Assembly (NCBI GenBank): GCA_023247725.1
Contig: JAHFFW010000012.1
Coordinates: 1,833 to 65,832, forward strand
Source of the DNA: Candidatus Omnitrophota bacterium
GTDB taxonomy: Bacteria > Omnitrophota > Gorgyraeia > Zapsychrales > JAHFFX01
Direction: 5' to 3'
Length of the DNA: 64,000 nucleotides
In this document: positions 36,756 to 45,490 of the stretch, piece by piece
Layout: every line of letters starts with the position of its first letter
Numbering within the stretch: the first letter of the stretch is position 1
Position numbers and translations under genes: made by a program
Notes under the pieces: model-generated
Told to the model about the DNA's origin: nothing
The model's database searches: none
The model's input: only the letters and a program-made list of their open reading frames with translations

Positions 36756-37200
36756 AGAAGGACGCACGGGCTTGATTCGTTGGATCGAGTCGGTTCGGTC
36801 GCAGGGTAGCCCTCACAATACCGTCACGATTATTTTTGATGGCCAGCCGGGAATCGTGAGCCCCCGGCCATCAGGCAGTGTCCAAGTCATTTTTGCCCAA
36901 CGTGAATCGGCCGATGACCGGATCAAGAAAATCGTGGAGTATTCGCCGCGGAAAAAGAGCATCGTGGTCGTGACCGACGACCGGGACATCCGTTATCATG
37001 TCCGATCTCTGGGAGCCGCGATTTTAGGAACCGATGAATTCATCGCTCGGTTACAAAAATCGACGCCCCCGGCGTCCAAAACCGAAAAGACGAAAGCCAA
37101 TGATTCAAAATATATTCCGAAAACCATTGAATTTAAAATCACGACGGAGATGGAAAAACTTTGGATCAAACGCAACCCGGGTTCGGACTCTCTTGGGTGA
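36691..37200 (+). CDS. NYN/YacP-like RNase domain protein
   Basis: YLLDGYN, IIFDG, SADDRI, VVTDDRDI. Confidence 0.9.
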   Translation: MYLLDGYNIIGRIPRLAQRSLEEGRTGLIRWIESVRSQGSPHNTVTIIFDGQPGIVSPRPSGSVQVIFAQRESADDRIKKIVEYSPRKKSIVVVTDDRDIRYHVRSLGAAILGTDEFIARLQKSTPPASKTEKTKANDSKYIPKTIEFKITTEMEKLWIKRNPGSDSLG

Positions 37201-37293
37201 ACCATGACCATAATTCTTTTTCTATCGTGAGCTTCTTAAAGTAAATAGCATTTTCATAATGATTTCTACGGGGTAAAATAGCGGAGTGTCCGC

Positions 37294-38073
37294 ATGAGCG
37301 CATGGCGATCGTTCTTTGTCTACTGTCGGGAAGTGACCTATGGTGCGGGCAATGCCGTTTTCTTTTTGGGCGATGTTCTAAAATTCATCCTGACCGGGAA
37401 AATCCGCTGGTGGGAGGTCTTGACTCAGATTTATCAGCAGGGCGTTGGGTCGGTTTTGATCATTGCCCTGACCTCGCTTGCCACGGGCGCGGTCTTGGCC
37501 CTGCAAGGCTACGTCATGCTCAATCGATTCGGGGCCAAGGAATACGTCGCGCAATTGGTCGCTTTGTCCCTTGTTCGGGAATTGAGTCCGGTCTTTGGTT
37601 CGTTCATCTTCTCTGGAAAGGCGGGAGCGCGTTTGACCGCGGAATTGGGCACGATGAATGTCAACGAGCAAATCGTGGCCACTCGCACTCTGGGGATCGA
37701 TCCAATTGAATTTCTCGTCGTGCCCCGGATGCTGGCCTGTTTTATGGTCTTGCCCATCCTCATCGTATTTTCCGAGACGGTCGGCATTATCGGCGGTTAT
37801 TTTATTGGGGTCCTGGACGCGCATATTCCCAGTTCTTTCTATATTAATCAGACGCTCAAGTGCATCAGTTTTGTGGATTTTTTTAGCGGCTTTATCAAAA
37901 CGTTGTTCTTCGGATTTTTGATCGGCTGGATTTGCTGTTATCAAGGATTTTTTACTCGCGGCGGTTCCATCGGCGTGGGAAATTATACGACGAAGGCCGT
38001 AGCATTGTCTTATATCCTCGTCGTTATTTCTAATACCGTGTTAACAAAAATCATTTTGACGTTTTGGGGATAA
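37294..38073 (+). CDS. mlaE: MlaE family ABC permease
   Basis: RELSPV, AELGTMNVNEQI..TRTLGIDP, VGNYTTKAV. Confidence 0.92.
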   Translation: MSAWRSFFVYCREVTYGAGNAVFFLGDVLKFILTGKIRWWEVLTQIYQQGVGSVLIIALTSLATGAVLALQGYVMLNRFGAKEYVAQLVALSLVRELSPVFGSFIFSGKAGARLTAELGTMNVNEQIVATRTLGIDPIEFLVVPRMLACFMVLPILIVFSETVGIIGGYFIGVLDAHIPSSFYINQTLKCISFVDFFSGFIKTLFFGFLIGWICCYQGFFTRGGSIGVGNYTTKAVALSYILVVISNTVLTKIILTFWG

Positions 38074-38097
38074 CGTGGTCCCGGAAGGAGCCAAGAC

Positions 38098-38430
38098 TTG
38101 GACAAACAATCGGTCAGGATGGGGCTCTTATTGAGCTCGCTCGTTTTCCTCGTTTTGCCGGGCTGTCAGACGACCTCCGGCCAGGCCGCCCTCGAGCAGG
38201 CGAAGCTGGTCACCGAACCCCAATGGATCCGCGAGGGGCGTCCTTTGGAGTTCGAGGGTGAGTATTGGTTTCCCCTGGATGTGATTGAGAATCTTCTGGA
38301 CTCGGAAGTTTATTTTGTGGGGCGCTATGAGGACGAGGAATTTTATGTGGACCGGGCGGATGTCCGTCCGTATAACCGGTTGTACACCCGTTTTGGGAAA
38401 AATAAATACCGGGCCTTTGAAAAAAAGTGA
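38098..38430 (+). CDS. Small lipoprotein within the mla operon
   Basis: Lipobox LPGC; RBS aaggag before TTG. Confidence 0.75.
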   Translation: MDKQSVRMGLLLSSLVFLVLPGCQTTSGQAALEQAKLVTEPQWIREGRPLEFEGEYWFPLDVIENLLDSEVYFVGRYEDEEFYVDRADVRPYNRLYTRFGKNKYRAFEKK

Positions 38431-38433
38431 ACC

Positions 38434-39153
38434 ATGATCAGTGTCCGAAATATTGATAAGGAATTCAACGATCAAAAAGTCCTGCGATCCGTCAATCTGG
38501 ATATCCACGACGGGGAAATCCTCGTGATTGTCGGTGCCAGCGGTTCGGGAAAAACGGTTCTTTTGCAGCATTTGATCGGCTTATTAAAACCCGACCGAGG
38601 ATCCATCCTTTTCGATGGAACGGATATTGCCAGGCTTCCGGAGAAAAAGTTGTTGCCGCTGCGAAAAAATATTGGTTATCTGTTTCAAGAAGGGGCCTTA
38701 TATGATTTCATGACTGTTTATGACAATGTGGCCTTCCCGTTGCAGGAACACAGTTCTCTGAGTGAATCCGCGATCAATCAAAAAGTCAAAGATGTTTTAC
38801 GGCTGGTTGGCCTGCAGGCCGCCGAAGAAAAATTTCCATCGCAATTAAGCGGCGGCATGAAAAAGCGCGCCGCCTTGGCCCGCGCGATCATTGCCGATGC
38901 CAAGGTCTTGTTTTGTGATGAACCGACCTCAGGGTTAGATCCCTTGCGCAGCCGGGATATCTGGAATCTCATCCGGGATATCACCAGGACCCTTCATTGC
39001 ACCACCATCATCACGTCGCATGATATTGATAACGCCATGAGGATTGCGGATCGTTTGGCGCTCATTCACGAAGGCAGGATGATTGTCGTCGCTAGTCCTC
39101 AAGAAATCCAAGAATCAAAAGATCCTTTAGTCCGGCAGTTTTTTTCCGAATAA
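38434..39153 (+). CDS. mlaF: MlaF family ABC ATP-binding protein
   Basis: GASGSGKT, FQEGALYD, LSGGMKKR, DEPTSGLDP. Confidence 0.92.
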   Translation: MISVRNIDKEFNDQKVLRSVNLDIHDGEILVIVGASGSGKTVLLQHLIGLLKPDRGSILFDGTDIARLPEKKLLPLRKNIGYLFQEGALYDFMTVYDNVAFPLQEHSSLSESAINQKVKDVLRLVGLQAAEEKFPSQLSGGMKKRAALARAIIADAKVLFCDEPTSGLDPLRSRDIWNLIRDITRTLHCTTIITSHDIDNAMRIADRLALIHEGRMIVVASPQEIQESKDPLVRQFFSE

Positions 39154-39166
39154 AAGGAGAAAATCC

Positions 39167-39760
39167 ATGGACAAGAAAGATATCAACCGCAAGATTTGGG
39201 CCGGAACATTTTTTCTGACCGGAATCTTTTTGATTATCTTTGTGGTTCTTGTGATTGGGGTTGAAAAGGGGTTGACCGTCCCCCGCTTTTCCATGCAGAT
39301 CCTTTTTAAGGAAATCGGCGGGCTCGCGGTCGGCGCTCCGGTTAATCTCTCCGGGGTGAATGTCGGCACCGTCGGGTCCATTGATTTCCTCGAGCATGAA
39401 GTGGATGGCCGGGGAGTCTCGGTCACGCTCAATATTTTTCAAAAATATGCGGGACAGATGAAGAAGGCATCGCGCTTCGCCATCAAAACGGCCGGAATTC
39501 TGGGAGAAAAATCAGTCGAAATCAGCCGGGACTTTGATAATATTCCCCTTGACCTGGCTCAGCCCATAATCGGTGAAGATCCGTTGGATGTGCAAGACTT
39601 GGCCAAGATTTTTGGCGACACCGCCATAGCCCTGCAACAAACCTCTGAAGTTGTTCATTCCATTGTCACCGAAATGCAAAATATTTCGATCACAACCAAA
39701 CGGTTGCTCAACCGGATCGAACAAAGGATCATCGAAGGCAATCTGTTTAAGGTTTTTTAG
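39167..39760 (+). CDS. mlaD: MlaD/MCE family protein
   Basis: GGLAVGAPVNLSGVNVGTV...TAGILGEKSVEI. Confidence 0.9.
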   Translation: MDKKDINRKIWAGTFFLTGIFLIIFVVLVIGVEKGLTVPRFSMQILFKEIGGLAVGAPVNLSGVNVGTVGSIDFLEHEVDGRGVSVTLNIFQKYAGQMKKASRFAIKTAGILGEKSVEISRDFDNIPLDLAQPIIGEDPLDVQDLAKIFGDTAIALQQTSEVVHSIVTEMQNISITTKRLLNRIEQRIIEGNLFKVF

Positions 39761-39776
39761 GGAAGCGATCACGCCC

Positions 39777-40856
39777 ATGAATTTTTCCGAAATATTGGTT
39801 TCCCCCTGGATCTACATTCCACTTTTTTACGTGAGCTGGGTGATTCTGTTTTTGCTCATGAAGAGTATCCTTTTTCGCTTCCTGAAACGGGTAACCCAGT
39901 ACACGTCTTCTCCGATTGATGATATTTTTTTGGAGGCCGCCCGCTTTCCGGTCGTCATCTTGATCTTTGCCAGCGGCGGGGTGGTGGTTGAAAAGATGCT
40001 GCCTTGGGCCAATCCGTCGGCGAATTCCTTTTTACTGGTTTTTAAGGCCATGACGATTGTGGCGGCGGTTATTTTTGTCGAGCGCTTTATGATGGGACTC
40101 ATCCGAATCTATTCGGAAAGGATTGATATCTTGCGCAGTTCCGGAGCCATTGCGAAGGGAACGCTCCGCGCGATCATTTACGCTTTGGGCTTATTGGCCC
40201 TCATGGACAGTTTTGGAATTTCCATTACCCCGGCCTTGGCTTCTTTGGGGATTGGGTCTTTGGCCGTTGCTTTGAGCTTGCAGCCGACGATGGAAAATTT
40301 TTTTGCCGGTATCCAACTGGTCGTTGACAAACAAATACAGGTGGGACAATTCATTAAACTCGAATCCGGCGAGGAAGGCTATGTCCATTCGATTGGCTGG
40401 CGCTCCACGTGGGTGCGTTTATTGCCCAATCATATGGTGATTATCCCCAATAAAATTTTGACCAATACCCGGATTACCAATTATGATTATCCGGAACCGG
40501 AGGTGGCCGTGTTGGTGGAGGTCGGGGTGCATTATTCTTCGGATCTGGATTTTGTGGAGAAGGTCACCCTTGAGGTTGCTCGGGAAGTGATGAAAGATAT
40601 CAAAGGCGGCGTCGAGAATTTTGCACCGCTCATCCGGTATCACAACTTTGCCGATTTTAGTATCAACTTCACCGTTGTTTTGCGGGCCCGGGAATTTGTC
40701 GACGGTTATCTCATCAAGCACGAATTTATCAAAAGGCTGCACAAGCGCTATGCCAAGGAAGGGATCATCATTCCGTATCCCATTGAAGCGGTCAATCTGA
40801 CGCAGGAAGAGGCGGCCGCGCAAAAATATTATAAAACCAGCCGAAGCGCGCTTTGA
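39777..40856 (+). CDS. Small-conductance mechanosensitive channel family protein
   Basis: ASLGIGSLAVALSLQ, IGWRST, IPN, VGVHYSSD, GIIIPYP. Confidence 0.92.
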   Translation: MNFSEILVSPWIYIPLFYVSWVILFLLMKSILFRFLKRVTQYTSSPIDDIFLEAARFPVVILIFASGGVVVEKMLPWANPSANSFLLVFKAMTIVAAVIFVERFMMGLIRIYSERIDILRSSGAIAKGTLRAIIYALGLLALMDSFGISITPALASLGIGSLAVALSLQPTMENFFAGIQLVVDKQIQVGQFIKLESGEEGYVHSIGWRSTWVRLLPNHMVIIPNKILTNTRITNYDYPEPEVAVLVEVGVHYSSDLDFVEKVTLEVAREVMKDIKGGVENFAPLIRYHNFADFSINFTVVLRAREFVDGYLIKHEFIKRLHKRYAKEGIIIPYPIEAVNLTQEEAAAQKYYKTSRSAL

Positions 40857-40916
40857 TTTTTTTTAGGAGAATGGGCTCAAAGGCTCTTTGCGTTATGGCC
40901 GGCAAGAAAGGTTCAA

Positions 40917-41210
40917 ATGTTCGTCTTTGGAAATTTTATTGTGACGATGGCGCGGCTTTTGGATATTCTGCTGCTCGCCATGTTCTGGCTCATTTTGATC
41001 CGGGCGCTCATTAGCTGGGTGAACCCCGATCCTTTTAACGCGATCGTTCAATTCTTGTACCGGGCGACCGACCCATTGCTGGAACCGATCCGCCGGCGGC
41101 TGCCTTTAATGCCTTTGGATATTTCTCCGATGATTGTGATTTTGGGAATCTGGTTCTTGCGAAATTTTTTGATTGCAAGCTTATTGGAAATCGGCTATCG
41201 TATGCAGTGA
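40917..41210 (+). CDS. yggT: YggT family membrane protein
   Basis: RALISWV.PDP.N..VQFL...TDPLL.PIRR...DISP. Confidence 0.93.
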   Translation: MFVFGNFIVTMARLLDILLLAMFWLILIRALISWVNPDPFNAIVQFLYRATDPLLEPIRRRLPLMPLDISPMIVILGIWFLRNFLIASLLEIGYRMQ

Positions 41211-41270
41211 ATTTTTTCAGAAAAATTCGGTGCCATCAAATTGAAAGAGTCAACGAAAAGGGCGTAGCCT

Positions 41271-41567
41271 ATGCTTGATAAGATGAAAGAATTGATGGAA
41301 ATGAAAAGACAAGCGGACGAGCTCAAAAAAGAGCTCGATGCCTCCTCAGTTGAGGTGGCTGACGTTCGCGGGATTACGCTGACGATCAACGGTTCGCAGT
41401 ACATTCAGGCCGTTACCCTGGAAGAGGCAATGCTCAGTCCGGCCAATAAGAAAAGGCTGGAAAGCGATCTATTAAGGGCCTTTAATACGGCAGTGAAAAG
41501 ATCGCAGGAGCTGGCGGCCAAGAAGATGAGGTCCATGCCCGGATTTAACCTTCCCGGATTTTCGTAA
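41271..41567 (+). CDS. ybaB: YbaB/EbfC nucleoid-associated protein
   Basis: Helix-beta-helix pattern ITLTING...LESDLLRAFNTAVK...PGFNLPGF. Confidence 0.85.
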   Translation: MLDKMKELMEMKRQADELKKELDASSVEVADVRGITLTINGSQYIQAVTLEEAMLSPANKKRLESDLLRAFNTAVKRSQELAAKKMRSMPGFNLPGFS

Positions 41568-41671
41568 AACCAGTCAAGCTCTTGAGCGCTGAAAAAAGGT
41601 CAGTGTGTTTTTGGAATCAGCGGCTTTTTTTTGTTGTGATCCATGGATAGGAGAAATCAATAGGAGGCCCT

Positions 41672-41905
41672 ATGCCGTACGACAAGTCATTGGACAAGGA
41701 ATCGTTTAAAGAAATGCGCGAATTCGCCGATACCCGGATCACGATCGGGGTCTATTCCTATAACGGAGGCGAGAAAAAATTGCAAATTTCCCGGGAAAAT
41801 AAGGATCAGAATGAAGAGTGGCGTTTTGCCAAACTGGGGCGAATGAATAAGGCCGAGGCCAAAGAGATTGTTCCGCTCCTCATGAAGGCCGTGGAAAATA
41901 TGTAA
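41672..41905 (+). CDS. Small conserved-looking hypothetical protein (PC4/YdbC-like pattern)
   Basis: RBS aggagg; ITIGVYSYNGGEKKLQISR...W.F.KLGR. Confidence 0.75.
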   Translation: MPYDKSLDKESFKEMREFADTRITIGVYSYNGGEKKLQISRENKDQNEEWRFAKLGRMNKAEAKEIVPLLMKAVENM

Positions 41906-41942
41906 AAAATGGTCGTCCCTCGTCAGGCAGGAGGATCAGGCA

Positions 41943-42416
41943 ATGCCGGAAGTTTATTTGACCCGCCAGGGTTTCGAAAAGTTGCGGGAAGATTTGGAGC
42001 GGTTAAAAACGGTGGAACGGCGCCGGATCTCCAAGGCGATCGAAGAGGCCCGTCAACAGGGCGATATTTCCGAGAATGCCGAATACGATGCCGCCAAAGA
42101 CGCGCAGGCCCATTGTGAAAAAAGGATCGCGGACCTGGAGGCCAAGCTCGTGCAGGTGCGGATCATTGAAAACGAAAATATTCCCAAGGATAAAATTTTC
42201 ATCGGCGCCATCGTGACGTTAAAAGACTTGGAGACCGACGAAGAAATCAAATATATGCTGGTCAGCCCCGAAGAATCCAACTACGAAGAAAATAAGATTT
42301 CCATCCTTTCGCCCATTGGAAAAGGCCTCATGGGCCACGAAGCCGGCAAAATCCTTGAGATCAAGGTCCCGGCCGGAACTCTCCGATACAAAATCCTAAA
42401 AATCGAACGGCCGTGA
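41943..42416 (+). CDS. greA: Transcription elongation factor GreA
   Basis: GDISENAEYDAAK, ISILSPIGKGLMG. Confidence 0.97.
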   Translation: MPEVYLTRQGFEKLREDLERLKTVERRRISKAIEEARQQGDISENAEYDAAKDAQAHCEKRIADLEAKLVQVRIIENENIPKDKIFIGAIVTLKDLETDEEIKYMLVSPEESNYEENKISILSPIGKGLMGHEAGKILEIKVPAGTLRYKILKIERP

Positions 42417-42852
42417 TTATTGCATCGATTAAAATCGTGGGACGAAAACAGCGCAATCAAAAGATTTTATGTGTTGGCGCTCCACTTTAAAAAACCGAAT
42501 GCCTATTTGGCACAGTCTGCTTGTGGCCAGTCTGAATTACCGATCAGTTAAAACCTGATCACCGGTTTCTGGTCACGGGTCACTCCCGAACGGTCTTTAT
42601 AATTGAGTTGACTAAGCACACTTACTTTATTAAACAGCGTAGTTGAGATTCCCATCTTGCAAATCTTTTCCCGCTGACTATACTTATAGCTAGGAGAAAA
42701 TACTATGGGTGATGTATATTTTCAAAGATCTGGTCGGCTATTCGCTAGACCTTCATTATCGTCAAGCAACAACCATCCAAGCTGCTCACCATTCGGGTCC
42801 CCTTCCGCCGCCAGCCAACACTTGGAGTTATATTTGCCTTGCAGGAGACCAT

Positions 42853-43086
42853 ATGATCAAACCTTCCAAAACGATCAATGTACGCATTCCCGCGGAGTTG
42901 CAAAAGGAGCTTTTGGTCATCAGCCGCCAGGAGAAAATTCCCGTTAGTGACCTTGTGCGTGAGTCTTTGCACGAATTTCTGGCAGTCCGACGCTTTCGGC
43001 AACTGCGCAAGCAGACATTGTCCTTTGCCGAGGTCCAGGGATTGGGCAGCGATGAGGATATCCTTCGTCTAAAGTCAGGAAGGTGA
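42853..43086 (+). CDS. Ribbon-helix-helix antitoxin
   Basis: RBS aggag before ATG 42853; TINVRIPAEL...VSDLVRESL; overlaps the PIN gene. Confidence 0.85.
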   Translation: MIKPSKTINVRIPAELQKELLVISRQEKIPVSDLVRESLHEFLAVRRFRQLRKQTLSFAEVQGLGSDEDILRLKSGR

Positions 43087-43499
43087 TTTTGGATGCCAAT
43101 GTCATCGTAGCGGCCTTCGCGGGTCGGGGCTTGTGCGCCGAAGTTTTCGAGGTTTGCTTGAAAGAATGCGAAATTATCCTTGAAGACGACCTTATTAACG
43201 AAATTGAAAGCACTTTTCAAAGAAAAATTAAGCTTCCGGCTGAGAAGACGAGTAGCATCCTGCAATTTATCCTAACACAAGCCCGCATCATCAAACCAAA
43301 CATAAAAGAAAAGCTGGTCTGCCGCGATCCATCCGATATCCAGGTGTTGGCCGCAGCCCTTGAAACCAAAGCGGATGTCATTATTACCGGAGACGAAGAC
43401 TTGTTGATCCTCAAGAAAATTGGGACAACGGCCATCATCACTCCGCGCCAATTTTGGGATCTTATGGCGGGCAGAAAAAAAGCTAGACAGAAGTTCTAA
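43083..43499 (+). CDS. PIN domain toxin (VapC/TIGR00305-like)
   Basis: ILDANVIVAA, CRDPSD, IITGDEDLL. Confidence 0.92.
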   Translation: MILDANVIVAAFAGRGLCAEVFEVCLKECEIILEDDLINEIESTFQRKIKLPAEKTSSILQFILTQARIIKPNIKEKLVCRDPSDIQVLAAALETKADVIITGDEDLLILKKIGTTAIITPRQFWDLMAGRKKARQKF

Positions 43500-43544
43500 A
43501 GCGAAAACCAAGATTTCATTCAAAATGAATTCAAGGGGAGAATC

Positions 43545-43934
43545 ATGATGCCTTCCATCTTTACCAGGATCCTGAACGGAGAAATTCCCTGCCAAAAAAT
43601 TGCCGAGGATGAGCGGTTCTTTGCGTTCCTTGACATCCGGCCGATTCACGCGGGCCATACGCTCGTTATTCCGAAAGAGGAGATTGATTACATTTTTGAT
43701 ATGGACGACCCATTGCTCGGCGATATGATGGTCTTTGCCAAAAAAGTCGCGCGTAGGATCAAGAAGGCCATTTCCTGCCAGAGGATCGGCGTCATGGTCG
43801 CGGGCATCGAAGTTCCTCACGCCCATATTCACCTCGTGCCCATCAGTTCCGTGGCGGATTTGAGTTTTGCCAAGGCCAAACCCGCATCGCCGGAAGAATT
43901 GGCGAAGGTCGCGGAACTCATCCGCAAGGCTTAA
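43545..43934 (+). CDS. HIT family hydrolase
   Basis: AFLDIRP..GHTLVIPK, HAHIHLVP. Confidence 0.95.
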   Translation: MMPSIFTRILNGEIPCQKIAEDERFFAFLDIRPIHAGHTLVIPKEEIDYIFDMDDPLLGDMMVFAKKVARRIKKAISCQRIGVMVAGIEVPHAHIHLVPISSVADLSFAKAKPASPEELAKVAELIRKA

Positions 43935-43964
43935 ACAAATTCTGAGAGACCAGCGATCATTTTT

Positions 43965-44079
43965 TCGTTAGCCGGTTACGGCGACGATGCCCGTATCGTT
44001 TATCGGTAACGTTGATCGTGGGCAATAGACGAATAACGTCAACGTGACCGAAACGGGCTTCTTTACCATAACCGAACGA
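43965..44079. repeat. Long imperfect inverted repeat
   Basis: tcgtt..cggttacgg..gcccgt..cggtaacgttga pairs with tcaacgtgaccgaaacgggc..ccataaccgaacga. Confidence 0.6.
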
Positions 44080-44125
44080 CGTGACTGTCCAAAGATACGC
44101 TGTTGCTGAATACCAGGATAAGTTT

Positions 44126-44878
44126 ATGAGAATCATTTCATGGAATGTCAATGGCATCCGTTCGGTTTTGCAAAAAGGATTTTTGCAATTCCTCAAGAAG
44201 GAAAAACCCGATATCCTTTGCCTGCAGGAAACGAAGACCGGCAAAGGCGGCGTTGAACTGATCACCCCGGGCTATGAGCAATTCTGGAATCATGCGAAAC
44301 GCCCCGGCTATTCGGGCACCGCCATCTTTACTAAAATTAAACCCTTGTCCGTGAAGAATGATATGGGAATCAGCTTGCACGACACCGAGGGCCGTTTGAT
44401 CACGATGGAGCTGAACGATTTTTATCTCGTCAATGTCTACATCCCCAATTCCAAACGGGATTTGTCGCGCCTCGACTACCGGAGCGAACAATGGGACCGG
44501 GATTTCTTAAAGTACTGTAAAACCCTCGAGAAGAAAAAGCCGGTCTTGTTTTGCGGAGATATGAACGTGGCGCACAAGGAAATCGATCTGACGTATCCGA
44601 AGGCCAACGTCAAGAACCACGGATTCACCCCGCAGGAACGCGCCGGTTTCGATAAGATCATCGAAGCCGGGTTCATTGACACGTTCCGGGAATTTTGCCA
44701 GGAACCAGGACGCTACACCTGGTGGAGCCGGTTTGCCAACTGCCGGGCGAGGAACATCGGCTGGCGGATCGATTATTTTTGCACGAGCAAATCCTTCCGG
44801 CCATGGCTCAGGGACAGTTTTATCTTGAAGGATGTCATGGGCTCGGATCATTGTCCGATTGGGATTGAGATTGTGTAA
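44126..44878 (+). CDS. xth: Exodeoxyribonuclease III
   Basis: ISWNVNGIR, LQETK, GYSGTA, CGDMNVAH, GWRIDY, SDHCP. Confidence 0.96.
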   Translation: MRIISWNVNGIRSVLQKGFLQFLKKEKPDILCLQETKTGKGGVELITPGYEQFWNHAKRPGYSGTAIFTKIKPLSVKNDMGISLHDTEGRLITMELNDFYLVNVYIPNSKRDLSRLDYRSEQWDRDFLKYCKTLEKKKPVLFCGDMNVAHKEIDLTYPKANVKNHGFTPQERAGFDKIIEAGFIDTFREFCQEPGRYTWWSRFANCRARNIGWRIDYFCTSKSFRPWLRDSFILKDVMGSDHCPIGIEIV

Positions 44879-44883
44879 AAGAT

Positions 44884-44941
44884 GCGGGGTAGCGGAGGCA
44901 CCGGCTGGCCGTCAGAGCGGACCGGTGCCTCCGCCGCCCGG
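44884..44941. repeat. GC-rich hairpin after xth
   Basis: gcggaggcaccgg...ccggtgcctccgc stem. Confidence 0.55.
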
Positions 44942-44944
44942 GGA

Positions 44945-45307
44945 TTGATAAAATTGACGCCAGTTCGAATAAGACAACGGCTGGTTGGGACTCTGGTCAT
45001 GGGCCTCACTTTGAGTGCATTTTCCTTTGTCCATGCCGCCCGTCGAGATTTCAAGGGTACGATCGCGGCGGTTAACCTCACCGATCCGATGCAGGAGGAG
45101 CGTTACGACCTGGCCGTGATTGAGGTCCAGGATGGTGTGGGGGAGGCGAAAATTTTTGTCGTGAACTTGGATACGCACATCAAGGATCCGATGTGGCGCG
45201 ACGCCTACGTCGGTTATTTGCACAAGGGCATACGGGTGGACATCGAGTACGAAACGCCCAGGGAGGGAAACCTCATCGCGCGCAGGGTTCTGGTTAAAGC
45301 AGAATAA
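44945..45307 (+). CDS. Exported small OB-fold-like hypothetical protein
   Basis: Signal-like N-terminus; GTIAAV...LHKGIRVDIEY...IARRVLV; start uncertain. Confidence 0.6.
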   Translation: MIKLTPVRIRQRLVGTLVMGLTLSAFSFVHAARRDFKGTIAAVNLTDPMQEERYDLAVIEVQDGVGEAKIFVVNLDTHIKDPMWRDAYVGYLHKGIRVDIEYETPREGNLIARRVLVKAE

Positions 45308-45490
45308 TTTTTGGGGAAAAACGAACCAACGTCAAATTTCTCCCGAAAAGAAACTAAACCACAAACGCGGCGTAGGTAAAAAGATTTCCAGTAGAAAAGT
45401 TGCCACGTGGCCACTTTTCTCCCGACGGTAGCTTTCCTCTTCAAAATATACTATAATGAAAATCGTTTTTAAGATCCAACGATTGAGCCT

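Noticed and set aside
42535-42570. IS4-like terminal inverted repeat (aattaccgatcagttaa)
   Set aside because: No partner repeat and no transposase remnant nearby.
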